From positions 770,543 to 834,542 of the forward strand of contig OZ252098.1 of the NCBI GenBank assembly GCA_965248355.1: DNA of 64,000 nt, given 5' to 3'. The notes under the pieces are model-generated. The model worked only from the letters and a program-made list of their open reading frames with translations. It was not told where the DNA came from and made no database searches. Positions within the stretch are counted from its first letter, which is position 1. The number at the start of each line of letters is the position of its first letter. The translations under genes and the position numbers were made by a program. Origin of the DNA: Candidatus Latescibacterota bacterium. GTDB taxonomy: Bacteria > Latescibacterota > UBA2968 > UBA8231. This document shows, one piece after another, positions 52,969-62,705 of this stretch.

Positions 52969-54017
52969 GGGTCGTCTCCCTGGAGCAGGAGGAGCTCTTC
53001 GTCAGCGGCGAGGGCGGCTGTCACACCTGCCGCATCCCGGCCCTGGCGGCGACCGCGGCGGGCACGGTGCTGGCCTTCTGCGAGGGGCGCCGCCACAGCC
53101 GCTCCGACAGCGGCCAGATGGACCTGCTCCTGCGCCGCAGCGGCGACGGCGGCCGTACCTGGGGCCCGCCTCAGGTGGTGGTCACCGAGCCGGGCATGAC
53201 CTGCGGCAACCCCTGCCCCGTGGTCGACGCCGCCACGGGCCGGGTGTGGCTGCCGTTCTGCAAGAACCTGGCCGACGGCCCGGAGAGCATGATCATCGAG
53301 GGCAAGGCGCCGCGCACGGTGTGGATCACCCACTCCGACGACGACGGGGGCAGCTGGTCCGAGCCCCGGGAGATCACGGCGCAGGTGAAGGCGCCGGACT
53401 GGACCTGGTACGCCACCGGCCCCTGCCACGGGATCCAGCTGGGCAGCGGCCGGCTGGTGGTCCCCTGCGACCACATCGTGGGTCTGCACCACGACGCCCG
53501 GCGCGATCCCTACCACTCACACGTGATCCTCTCCGACGACGGCGGCGCCACCTGGCGCATCGGCGGCATCGTCGACGAGGGCACCAACGAGTGCTGCGTC
53601 GTGGAGACGGAGGACAACTCCCTCTACCTCAACGCCCGCAGCTACCGGGGGCGCAAGGTGCGGGCCAGCGCCCGAAGCGATGACGGCGGCGCCAGCTTCG
53701 GCCCGCGGATCTGCGAGGAGGGCCTGCCGGAGCCGGTCTGCCAGGGGAGCCTGGTGAGCCTGGGGCCGCCGGGAGGGCCGCCCACCGACCGGGCCCTGTT
53801 CGCCAATCCCGCCAGCACCGAGGCCCGGGAGAACCTCACCCTGCGGGCCACCGCCGACGGCGGCCGCACCTGGACAGTGGTCCGCAGCTTGTACGAGGGG
53901 CCGTCGGCCTATTCCGACTTGGCGGTCACCGCCGATGGCGACGTCCTCTGTCTGTACGAGCGCGGCGCCGACCACCCGTCCGAGACCCTGACCCTGGCGC
54001 GTCTCACCCTCGGCTGA
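52965..54017 (+). CDS. BNR/Asp-box sialidase-like (GH33-like) protein
   Basis: RIP motif plus five S-x-D-x-G-x-T-W Asp-boxes; GTG start overlaps the M16 stop; no signal peptide. Confidence 0.75.
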   Translation: MRVVSLEQEELFVSGEGGCHTCRIPALAATAAGTVLAFCEGRRHSRSDSGQMDLLLRRSGDGGRTWGPPQVVVTEPGMTCGNPCPVVDAATGRVWLPFCKNLADGPESMIIEGKAPRTVWITHSDDDGGSWSEPREITAQVKAPDWTWYATGPCHGIQLGSGRLVVPCDHIVGLHHDARRDPYHSHVILSDDGGATWRIGGIVDEGTNECCVVETEDNSLYLNARSYRGRKVRASARSDDGGASFGPRICEEGLPEPVCQGSLVSLGPPGGPPTDRALFANPASTEARENLTLRATADGGRTWTVVRSLYEGPSAYSDLAVTADGDVLCLYERGADHPSETLTLARLTLG

Positions 54018-54123
54018 GCTGCACCGGCCACCGGCCGGGGACCGGGGCGGCCGCGTTGACCGGCTAGCGGGTCCGCCTACCTTTGGCCCCGCAACGCTCG
54101 AGCTCTTCAAGGAGGCACGAACC

Positions 54124-55119
54124 ATGGGACGCTCCACGACTCTCGCACTGGCCCTGGCCGCCATCCTGCTCGCCGCCGGCGACCAGGCCTCCGGACAGAC
54201 CCGGGAGGAGGGTCCCTGGTGGCCGCACCCGGTCTGGGGTCCCGACGATCAGGCCGGCGGCTCGAACTGGATCACCCCCGAGGTCGTGCTGCGCGCCGCC
54301 CGCCTGGTGGAGACGGGGAAGGTCTACGAGCTCGGCCAGGTCTACGAGTACGGCATGCCCCTCTTCGGGCAGCGCACCTACTCCCTGAGCATCCCCGGCT
54401 CGCCCACGGGCGGACCCTTCGGCGTCAAGAACCAGCTCGTCTACCACGACGAGTTCCTCTGCGGCGAGATCGGCCAGATCGGCACCCAGTTCGACGGCCC
54501 GGGCCACATCGGCACGCGCATGACCATGGGTGACGGCTCCACGGCCGATGTCTTCTACAACGGCGTGACCCGGGAGGAGATGAAGGGCGCCTACGGCCTG
54601 AAGAAGCTGGGCATCGAGAACATCAAGCCCTTCTTCACCCGCGGCGTGCTCATCGACGTGGCCGGCCTCAAGGGGGTCGACGCCCTCGATCACAGCTACG
54701 AGGTCACCGTGGCCGACGTGCGCGGCGCCCTCGAGCGCCAGGGGATGTCGGAGGCGGAGTTGCGGCCCGGCGACGCCCTGCTCTTCCGCTACGGCTGGTC
54801 GAAGCACTGGAAGGATCCGGAGAAGTACAACACCAACCCGCCCGGCATCGGCATGGAGGTGGCCGCCTGGCTCGTGGAGCGCCAGCCGTCGATGATCGGC
54901 TCCGACCAGTGGACCACCGAGGTCGTGCCGAACCCCGACCCGGATCTCCAGTTCCCCGTGCACCAGGAGCTGATCACCAAGGCCGGCATCTGGAACCTGG
55001 AGAACATGGTCTACGACGGTCTCGCGGAGGACGAGGTCCACGAGTTCCTCTTCGTCTTCACGCCGGTTCCATTCAAGGGAGGGACCGGGTCCCCCGGCCG
55101 GCCGATCGCGATCCGATGA
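54124..55119 (+). CDS. cyclase-family protein (kynurenine-formamidase-like), secreted
   Basis: Signal peptide and a putative-cyclase fold. Confidence 0.7.
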   Translation: MGRSTTLALALAAILLAAGDQASGQTREEGPWWPHPVWGPDDQAGGSNWITPEVVLRAARLVETGKVYELGQVYEYGMPLFGQRTYSLSIPGSPTGGPFGVKNQLVYHDEFLCGEIGQIGTQFDGPGHIGTRMTMGDGSTADVFYNGVTREEMKGAYGLKKLGIENIKPFFTRGVLIDVAGLKGVDALDHSYEVTVADVRGALERQGMSEAELRPGDALLFRYGWSKHWKDPEKYNTNPPGIGMEVAAWLVERQPSMIGSDQWTTEVVPNPDPDLQFPVHQELITKAGIWNLENMVYDGLAEDEVHEFLFVFTPVPFKGGTGSPGRPIAIR

Positions 55120-57785
55120 CGGTACCGACACCCGCGTCGCTGAGCCGGCTCTGCCGGGGCGCCCTGCCCGCGATCCTCGACGCCGCCGACGGCAAGGGGA
55201 TGATGAAGATGGTGGAGGTGATCGTCGAGCACGATCGCTGGAACTCCTTCGACCGCTTCCACGACACCACCGGGGCCCTCGTCGAGATGTACGGGAAGGC
55301 GGGAGCCGGCGCCGAGGTGACCCCGGTCCAGACCGGCGGGCGCATCGGCACGGGACGCTGGATCATCCAGGAGGCCCAGGACGTCAGCGCGGCCACCCTC
55401 GACGTGGTGCAGCCCTTCCGCGAGCGCGTCGCCGACTACCTCGAGAACCCCTGGCACGCCGTGCAGTGGACGGCGGCCACCGCCACGGGCGGGTTGCGCT
55501 GCGAGCTGGTCGTGGTCGACGACGAGGAGGCCCTGGATCGCATGGGTCCCGACGCCCTCGACGGGCGGGCGGTGCTCACGCGGCTCGACATCCGGGGCCG
55601 CATGGAGCGGTTCGCCCAGAAGGGGGCCGCCGCGGTCATCATGGACAAGGAGATGCCCAACAATCCCGGCGCCGTGGCCTGGACCAAGTTCGGCTGGGGG
55701 GCCGTGCCCATGGATCACGCCACGGCCAGGCTCGTGGGCCTGGTCCTGTCGCGCCGCCAGGGCGACCGCCTCCGGAAGCAGCTGGGGCAGCACCCGGGCC
55801 TCGTCGTCGAGATCCACGTCGACGCCCGGCGCTACGTGGGCCGCCACGACGTCGTCTCCGGACTGATACCCGGCCGCGACGACCCCCAGGACGAGGTCTG
55901 GGCCATCGCTCATTCGGCCGAGCCCGGGGCCGTGGACAACGCCTCGGGGTGCGCCGTGACCGTCGAGATCGCGCGGGTCCTCGAGGGGCTGATCGCCTCC
56001 GGGGCCCTGCCCCGCCCACGGCGGACGATCCGCCTGCTCAACGGCTACGAGTGCTACGGGTTCTTCGCCTACCTCGAAAGGGTGCAGCGCCTGCAGCCGC
56101 CCCTGGCCGGCGTCTGCATCGACACCCTCGGCTCCCAGCCGGCGATCTGCGACGGCCGCCTGGAGTGGCGGGCGACGATACCGGGCTCGGCCGGGTTCGT
56201 CGACTGGATCGGCGAGAAGATCCTGCGCTCCACCCTGCGGCAGTACCGCGACGCCGGCTACCACCTCTCCCTCGGGCCCTTCATGGCCACCAGCGACACC
56301 CTGATCGGCGATCCCCAGTACGGCTACCCCTGCCCGTGGATCACCAACCACCACAAGCGCGACGGCAGCTCCTGGGACGCCTACCACTCCTCGGCGGACC
56401 AGCTCGAGCTGCTGAGCCCGGCGGGGCTCAAGACCTGCGCCGCGGCCATGGCCGCGTACCTCTACTACCTGGCCGACGCCGCCACACCCGAGGTCGTGCA
56501 GATCGCCCGGTCCGAGACGGACCGCCTCACCGGGGAGCTGCGCGCCCACCGCCGCCGCCTGGACCGGGACGGCGCCGAGTTCCTGCGCCGGGCCCACGAG
56601 ACGAGCCTGACGCGGCTGCAGCGCTGGCTGTGGGGCGGCGACCGCGCCGAGGCGATGGCCGAGCTGGACGGGATGAGCCGGGAGATGGACGAGGCCGCTG
56701 CGAGCGTTCGGCGCCGGGGCCCGGTACTGCGTTCCTCGGCGTCTCTGCGCCGCATCCCGCGCCGCACGGCGCTGCTGACGCCGACCACCGAGAACCTGCC
56801 GACGCCGGTGGCGCGGAAGATCTCCAGCGCCGGGCAGAGCCCCTGGGCGCTGTACTGGGCCGATGGCCGCCGCACCCTCGCCGAGATCACCGCCGCCCTG
56901 GCCTGGGAGCGCGGCGGCCTGCTGGAGCCCGGGGCCGCCCCGAGGCGCGGGGAGGTGAAGGCCGAGGACGTGGTCCGCTTCTTCGAGGCCCACGCCGAGC
57001 TCGACTACGTGGACATGCCCGAACGGCACGAGATGGTGGACAAGGAGAGAATCGTCGCCGACCTGCGCCGCCTCGGCGTGGAGCGCGGCATGGACCTCAT
57101 GGTCCACAGCTCGCTGTCGAACATCGGCCATGTCGAGGGCGGGGCCGACACGGTCGTCTCGGCGCTGCTCGAAGCGGTGGGCTCCTCGGGGACGCTGCTC
57201 ATGCCCTCCTTCAACCACCGTGCCGCCCAGATCTACAACCGGATGGCGACGCCGACGACCAACGGCGCCATCTCCGACGCCTTCTGGCGCCTCCCCACGG
57301 CGGTTCGCAGCGAGCACGCCACCCACGCGGTGGCCGCCCTGGGTCCGCGGGCCGAGCGCTATTGCGCCTCCCACCTGGAGGCGGGGATCTGGGAGCCGGA
57401 GAGCCCCATCGGCCAGCTCGTCCACGGCGGCGGCTGGATCCTGGCCCTCGGCACCACCCACTGGACCTCCACGGCCTACCACGTGGCCGAGATGTCCGTG
57501 CCCTGCGGCTGCATCGACCCCTTCGGCAACATCGACCGCGTCGTGGGCGACGATGGCCGGGTCGAGGAGGTCTGGGGGCTGGCCTTCCGCAAGGGCGAGT
57601 GCCCTGTGGAGATCTCTCCGAAGCTGGACGACGCCCTGGACCGCCGCGGCCTGCAGCGGCGCGGCAGGGTGGGGGAGGCGGACTGCGAGCTGGTGCGGGC
57701 CGAGGACCTGTGGCGCCTGCGCCGCGAGCACCTGCGTCCGGTCTGCCCGACCTGCAGGATCTCCCCCAGCTACCGGGACGGCTGA
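55116..57785 (+). CDS. DUF4910/M28-peptidase-like domain fused to an AAC(3)-family aminoglycoside N3-acetyltransferase domain
   Basis: C-terminal 280 aa carries the AAC(3) pattern (MVHSSLSNIGHVEGGADTVVSALLEAVGSSGTLLMPSF); N-terminal 600 aa is M28/DUF4910-like; ATGA start overlap. Confidence 0.7.
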   Translation: MTVPTPASLSRLCRGALPAILDAADGKGMMKMVEVIVEHDRWNSFDRFHDTTGALVEMYGKAGAGAEVTPVQTGGRIGTGRWIIQEAQDVSAATLDVVQPFRERVADYLENPWHAVQWTAATATGGLRCELVVVDDEEALDRMGPDALDGRAVLTRLDIRGRMERFAQKGAAAVIMDKEMPNNPGAVAWTKFGWGAVPMDHATARLVGLVLSRRQGDRLRKQLGQHPGLVVEIHVDARRYVGRHDVVSGLIPGRDDPQDEVWAIAHSAEPGAVDNASGCAVTVEIARVLEGLIASGALPRPRRTIRLLNGYECYGFFAYLERVQRLQPPLAGVCIDTLGSQPAICDGRLEWRATIPGSAGFVDWIGEKILRSTLRQYRDAGYHLSLGPFMATSDTLIGDPQYGYPCPWITNHHKRDGSSWDAYHSSADQLELLSPAGLKTCAAAMAAYLYYLADAATPEVVQIARSETDRLTGELRAHRRRLDRDGAEFLRRAHETSLTRLQRWLWGGDRAEAMAELDGMSREMDEAAASVRRRGPVLRSSASLRRIPRRTALLTPTTENLPTPVARKISSAGQSPWALYWADGRRTLAEITAALAWERGGLLEPGAAPRRGEVKAEDVVRFFEAHAELDYVDMPERHEMVDKERIVADLRRLGVERGMDLMVHSSLSNIGHVEGGADTVVSALLEAVGSSGTLLMPSFNHRAAQIYNRMATPTTNGAISDAFWRLPTAVRSEHATHAVAALGPRAERYCASHLEAGIWEPESPIGQLVHGGGWILALGTTHWTSTAYHVAEMSVPCGCIDPFGNIDRVVGDDGRVEEVWGLAFRKGECPVEISPKLDDALDRRGLQRRGRVGEADCELVRAEDLWRLRREHLRPVCPTCRISPSYRDG

Positions 57786-57795
57786 GGGTGCTCCC

Positions 57796-58554
57796 TTGAA
57801 CGAGCTCTCCTTCCGCGCTCCGGGAGAGGTGATCGACGCCAACGTCGGCGCCGGCCACCGCCACGACCGCCCCGCCCCCTTCGAGGACGCCTCCGGCCTG
57901 CTGGCGGAGATGGACCGCCACGGCGTCGACGCCGCCGTGGTCTATCACGTGCAGGGTGAATCGGTGAGCGCCCTCGACGGCAACGACCTGCTCACCGAGT
58001 GGGTGGAGGGCCAGCCGCGGCTGATCCCCCAGTGGGTGGCCGGCTCGGACCCGGCCTGCCTCAGGCAGCTGGAGGGGCTGCGCGCGGAAGGGCGGCTGCG
58101 TAGCGTGCGCCTCCACGACACCGCCTCCTGCTACAATCCCCTGACCGAATGGATCTACGGCGACCTGCTCGTCTGGCTGGAGGCGGAGGGCATCCCCTTG
58201 TGGGTCTCCCTGGCGGACAACGACACGGTTCAGCTGGCCGACACCCTCGGGCGATACCCGGAGCTGGTGAGCGTGCTGGTGGGCGCCCACTACACGCACG
58301 CGGCCCTCGTGCGGCCCCTCATGCGGAAGCTGCCGCGGTCCGTGCTGGAACTGAGCCGGGACGAGACTCTGGTCGACGTCGAGGCCCTGCAGCGCGACGT
58401 GGGGGCCCGCCGCCTGGTCTACGGCTCCTTCTACCCCCGGTACGCCATGGGCCCCATCCTCTACTACCTGCACCGCTGCGACCTCACGGCCTCCCAGCTG
58501 GCGCTGATCTGCGCCGGCAACGTGCGCCGCCTGCTCGGAGAGGAGGCCGGATGA
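57796..58554 (+). CDS. amidohydrolase family 2
   Basis: TIM-barrel hydrolase pattern; TTG start. Confidence 0.65.
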   Translation: MNELSFRAPGEVIDANVGAGHRHDRPAPFEDASGLLAEMDRHGVDAAVVYHVQGESVSALDGNDLLTEWVEGQPRLIPQWVAGSDPACLRQLEGLRAEGRLRSVRLHDTASCYNPLTEWIYGDLLVWLEAEGIPLWVSLADNDTVQLADTLGRYPELVSVLVGAHYTHAALVRPLMRKLPRSVLELSRDETLVDVEALQRDVGARRLVYGSFYPRYAMGPILYYLHRCDLTASQLALICAGNVRRLLGEEAG

Positions 58555-59300
58555 TCGCCGGCGACCGGGTCATCGACGCCCACGGCCACGTGGGCAACTG
58601 GGAGGTCCTCGGCATGCGCGACGCCGCCGGGGACGTCCTGCGGGCCATGGACCGCGCCGGCATCGACCTGTCGGTGGTCTTCGGCATCTTCCACCCCGAG
58701 GGCCGCAGGTCCAACGACGCCGCGGCCGCCTTCGTGGCCGCCCACCCCGACCGCTTCGCCGCCTTGGCCTACGTCTCGCCCTTGCTGCCGGAGGGCATGC
58801 TCTCCGAGCTGCGCCGGGCCATCGACGATCTCGGCTTTCTGGGCGTGAAGATCTACCCGCCGTACACGCCCTGGCCCCTCGACCACGAGGCCTGGGACCC
58901 GATCTACGCTTTCGTCGAAGAGCGCGGACTGCCCCTGCTCTCCCACACCGACGCCGGCGACGTCTCCCAGCCGGCGCAGCTGGCGGCGGCGGCGAGGCGC
59001 TTTCCGGGGGCCGCCTTCATCGCCGGTCACTCCGGCAACATGGAGCCCGCCCGCTCCCAGGCGATCCGGGCGGCGCAGGAGCTGCCCAACTACTACCTCG
59101 AGACCTGCTCCACCTACCGCACGCCCGGCGTCATCGAGGAGCTGGTGGCCGGCGCCGGCGCCGACCGGGTGCTCTTCGGGTCGGACCAGCCCCTGATGGA
59201 TCCCCGGCCCCAGCTGGGCAAGATCATCACGGCCGACCTGACCGACGAGGACAAGCGCCTCATCCTCGGCGGCAACGCCGCCCGCCTGCTGGGCCTGTAG
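58551..59300 (+). CDS. amidohydrolase family 2
   Basis: VIDAHGH N-terminal motif; ATGA start overlap. Confidence 0.75.
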   Translation: MIAGDRVIDAHGHVGNWEVLGMRDAAGDVLRAMDRAGIDLSVVFGIFHPEGRRSNDAAAAFVAAHPDRFAALAYVSPLLPEGMLSELRRAIDDLGFLGVKIYPPYTPWPLDHEAWDPIYAFVEERGLPLLSHTDAGDVSQPAQLAAAARRFPGAAFIAGHSGNMEPARSQAIRAAQELPNYYLETCSTYRTPGVIEELVAGAGADRVLFGSDQPLMDPRPQLGKIITADLTDEDKRLILGGNAARLLGL

Positions 59301-59302
59301 CC

Positions 59303-60193
59303 ATGGCCGGCCCCCTCACCCTGCTCAGCATCGGCGCCCACCCGGCCGACATCTTCGATCAGTCGGGGGGCACCATGGCCCACCACGTGCAGCGCGGCGA
59401 CCGCGTCGCCTGCGCCGTGCTCACCCACGGGGCCCGCGTCCACGACGCCGAGGTCAGCGACGCCATGTTCCACCGCAGGCAGGTGCCGGAGGCCGGGGAG
59501 CTGACCTCCCTGATGGAGGAGCGCGCCGAGGTCAAGGCCGGGGAGGTCCGCCGCGCCTGCGCCCTCCTCGGCGTGGAGGAGATCCACTTCCTCGGCTTCG
59601 ACGACGCCGTGCTGCAGGCCACCGAGGAGATCGTGCGCCGCGTGGCGAGCCTGCTGCGCCAGGTGCGCCCCCACGTGGTCCTCACCCACTTCCCGTACGA
59701 GGGCAACGCCGTCAACGCCCACGCCGTCACCGGTCAGATCTGCCTGCTGGCCCTGGGGCTGGCCGGCAGCGTCGACCCCGGCGACCGCAACCCGCCGCTC
59801 CGGACCGCCCAGGTCTTCTTCTTCGGCACCGGCGCCGCGCCCCTGCCGCGCGATGTTTGGGGCGCCCGGGGCGGGTTCTACAACGATGTCTTCATCGACA
59901 TCGGCGACGTGGTGGACAAGAAGCTGGCCGCCCTCGACGCCTTGGTCAGCCAGGGCTACGGCGGCGCTTACGCCCGCAAGCGCATCGAGACCTCCGACGG
60001 CGCCTTCGGCAACGCCGCCCACTGCAGCTACGCCGAGGGCTTCATCAAGATGAACGCCGAGTGCCACCACTACCTGCCGGTGACCGATCGGGCCCTCGAG
60101 ATGGCGGGGTTGAGCGACCACCAGATGATCGCCCGGGCATCGCTCCGGCAGGACGTGGACCAGGGCGCTTCCGGGGCTGGTTCCTCCGCTTGA
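59303..60193 (+). CDS. PIG-L/LmbE-family N-acetylglucosaminyl deacetylase
   Basis: LLSIGAHPADI ... VLTHFPYEGN ... H matches the family zinc-site pattern. Confidence 0.8.
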   Translation: MAGPLTLLSIGAHPADIFDQSGGTMAHHVQRGDRVACAVLTHGARVHDAEVSDAMFHRRQVPEAGELTSLMEERAEVKAGEVRRACALLGVEEIHFLGFDDAVLQATEEIVRRVASLLRQVRPHVVLTHFPYEGNAVNAHAVTGQICLLALGLAGSVDPGDRNPPLRTAQVFFFGTGAAPLPRDVWGARGGFYNDVFIDIGDVVDKKLAALDALVSQGYGGAYARKRIETSDGAFGNAAHCSYAEGFIKMNAECHHYLPVTDRALEMAGLSDHQMIARASLRQDVDQGASGAGSSA

Positions 60194-60344
60194 CATGGGC
60201 CGCCCTCCGGCGTAAGGTACTGGCATCCCCAGGCCGGTTCCTTCGGGTTCCGGCCGAACCGGAACGACGGTAGGCCGCCTCGTACCGCCGTTTCGGAAAG
60301 TCGAGCGGTCCTCTGCTTTCTCCTACGCTCGACCTTGTTTCTCC

Positions 60345-60380
60345 ATAGGCAGGAGGCCTTCGGGCCTCCTGCCTATTTTT
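60345..60380 (+). terminator. intrinsic terminator
   Basis: Perfect 14-bp stem ATAGGCAGGAGGCC / GGCCTCCTGCCTAT with a TTCG loop, followed by TTTTT. Confidence 0.75.
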
Positions 60381-60381
60381 C

Positions 60382-61695
60382 ATGTCGCCCGAACCGCCCA
60401 CGATCCTCCCACCCGCGATCCTCCCCATGACCCTCTCCCGTGAAGCTGCGGCCGCCCTCGACCGGCGGCTGGCCCGCGTCGACGACACCGAGCCGCGGAT
60501 CCGGGCCCTGGTCCCGGAGGCGGACCGCCGCCGGCGTCTGGCCGCCGAGCTGGAGGCCGCGCCGGAGGGCCCCCTGGGCCACCTGCTGGTGGGCGTGAAG
60601 GACATCTTCCACGCGCGGGGTCTGCCCACCCGGGCCGGTACCGAGCTGCCCGCCGGGCTCTTCGCCGCCGAGGGCGCCGAGGAGGCCGACGCCGACTGCG
60701 TGGCCGCCCTGCGGGCGGCCGGAGCGGTGGTGCTCGGCAAGGCGGCGACCACCGAGTTCGCCTACTTCGAGCCGGGGCCCACGCGCAATCCGCGCGATCC
60801 CGCCCACACCCCCGGCGGCTCCTCCAGCGGCTCGGCGGCGGCGGTGGCGGCCGGGTACTGCGAGCTGGCCCTGGGGTCCCAGACCGTGGGCTCCGTCATG
60901 CGGCCGGCCGCGTTCTGCGGCGTCGTGGGGTTCAAGCCGAGCTACGGGCGCGTGCCCCGCGGCGGCCTGCTGCTGTGCTCCCCGTCGGTGGACACGGTGG
61001 GGCTCTTCGCCCCCGACGCGGCCACGGCGGCCCGGGGGGCCGAAGTGATCGTCGAGGGATGGGACTCCTCCGTTGCCCGGAATCTCCGGGCGGCCGACTC
61101 GCCCCGGCCCGTCCTCGGCGTGCCGGAGGGTCCGTACCTGTGGCACGCCTCGCCGGAGGGCCTGGCGGCCTTCGAAGAGCAGTCGGGGAAGCTGGAGTCC
61201 GCCGGCTTTCGGGTGAAGCGGCTGGAGGTCCTGGCCGACATCGACGAGGTCAACGAGCGCCACCGGGACCTGCACGCGGCGGAGATGGCCATCGAGCACG
61301 CCGGATGGCTGGAGGAATACCTCCATCTCTACCGGCCGCTGACCCGCGAGTTCCTGCTGGGCGGCCGGGAGATCCCCGAGACGCGGCGGCTGGAGGCCCG
61401 GGAAGGGCGCGGGCGGCTGCGGCGCCAGCTGGAGGAGGCCATGGGGGCGGAAGGCGTCGACCTCTGGATCTGCCCGTCGGCGGTGGGGCCCGCCCCCCGC
61501 GGCCTGGAGGCGACGGGGGATCCGGTCATGAACCTGCCGTGGACCCACTCCGGCCTGCCGGCCCTGAGCCTGCCCGCGGGCCTCGTCGGCCGGCTGCCCC
61601 TGGGCCTGCAGTGCGTGGCCGCCCACGGCCGCGACGAGTCCCTCATGGCCTGGGGCGCCGCCCTCGAGGCGGCCCTGGGACCCGTCGGGGGCTGA
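60382..61695 (+). CDS. amidase-signature-family amidase
   Basis: GGSSSGSAAAVAAG signature; start may be the ATG at 60427 instead. Confidence 0.85.
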   Translation: MSPEPPTILPPAILPMTLSREAAAALDRRLARVDDTEPRIRALVPEADRRRRLAAELEAAPEGPLGHLLVGVKDIFHARGLPTRAGTELPAGLFAAEGAEEADADCVAALRAAGAVVLGKAATTEFAYFEPGPTRNPRDPAHTPGGSSSGSAAAVAAGYCELALGSQTVGSVMRPAAFCGVVGFKPSYGRVPRGGLLLCSPSVDTVGLFAPDAATAARGAEVIVEGWDSSVARNLRAADSPRPVLGVPEGPYLWHASPEGLAAFEEQSGKLESAGFRVKRLEVLADIDEVNERHRDLHAAEMAIEHAGWLEEYLHLYRPLTREFLLGGREIPETRRLEAREGRGRLRRQLEEAMGAEGVDLWICPSAVGPAPRGLEATGDPVMNLPWTHSGLPALSLPAGLVGRLPLGLQCVAAHGRDESLMAWGAALEAALGPVGG

Positions 61696-61783
61696 GGCTT
61701 CCCGCGAGAGGGAACTTCGACCCGCGTACCGGCGGTTCCTATATTTCGTAGAAATCCATGAAGGAGAGCCGCGGAGAGGACGG

Positions 61784-62656
61784 ATGAAGCTGAGCAAGGA
61801 CCAGATCGAGTTCTATCGCGAGAGGGGGTACCTCGGGGTGGAGGGGGTGTTCTCGACGGCCGAAGTCGCGGAGTTGAGCCGGGTGACCGACGAGTTCGTG
61901 GAGAAGTCGCGCACCGTGATCGAGCATGACGACATCTTCGATCTCGAGCCCGACCACACGCCCGAGTTCCCCAAGCTGCGCCGCCTCAAGACCCCCGCCC
62001 GTCACCACGAGGTCTACGACCGCGCCCTGCGCAACGACCGTGTCCTCGACATCGTCAGCCAGCTCGTCGGCACCGAGGCCCTGCGCGGCCACGGGAACAA
62101 GCTCAACATCAAGGCCGCCGACTTCGGCAGTCCCGTGGAGTGGCACCAGGACTGGGCCTTCTACCCGCACACCAACGACGACATGCTGGCCGTCGGCGTC
62201 TGCATCGACGAGATGTCGGAGGAGAACGGCTGTCTTCTCGTGATCCCCGGCTCCCACAAGGGTCCGGTCCTCGACCACCACCAGGACGGCCGCTTCGCCG
62301 GCGCCGTCACCGATCCCGCCTTCGACGACTCCACGGCCGAGAAGGTGGAGCTGCCCGCCGGCGGCATCTCCCTCCACCACGTGCGCGCCCTCCACGGCTC
62401 GCTGTCCAACCACTCGCCGAACCCGCGGCGCCTGCTGTTGTTCGAGTACGGCGCCGGCGATTCCTGGCCGCTGAGAGGCGCGGACTGGGAGGCCTACTGC
62501 AACGCCTTCGTGCGCGGCGAGCCCTCCATCCAGCCTCGCCTGGCCGCGGTCCCCGTGCGGCTGGCCCTGCCGGCGGCGTTGCGGGCGGGCTCCATCTACG
62601 AGAACCAGAGCGTCCTCAAGAGCACGACCTTCAAGTCCGCCGCCCCCAAGGGCTGA
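61784..62656 (+). CDS. PhyH-family Fe(II)/2-oxoglutarate dioxygenase
   Basis: WHQD ... H pattern; AAGGAGAG ribosome-binding site. Confidence 0.75.
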   Translation: MKLSKDQIEFYRERGYLGVEGVFSTAEVAELSRVTDEFVEKSRTVIEHDDIFDLEPDHTPEFPKLRRLKTPARHHEVYDRALRNDRVLDIVSQLVGTEALRGHGNKLNIKAADFGSPVEWHQDWAFYPHTNDDMLAVGVCIDEMSEENGCLLVIPGSHKGPVLDHHQDGRFAGAVTDPAFDDSTAEKVELPAGGISLHHVRALHGSLSNHSPNPRRLLLFEYGAGDSWPLRGADWEAYCNAFVRGEPSIQPRLAAVPVRLALPAALRAGSIYENQSVLKSTTFKSAAPKG

Positions 62657-62705
62657 ACCTGGTGAGCGGCCACCCCGTCGACCGCATCGTGGAGAGGGCG
62701 AACTG

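Noticed and set aside
60382-60426. Amidase N-terminal extension MSPEPPTILPPAILP, starting immediately after the terminator.
   Set aside because: With zero spacing after a strong terminator, the ATG at 60427 is more likely the true start; the 60382 start is kept only as an alternative.
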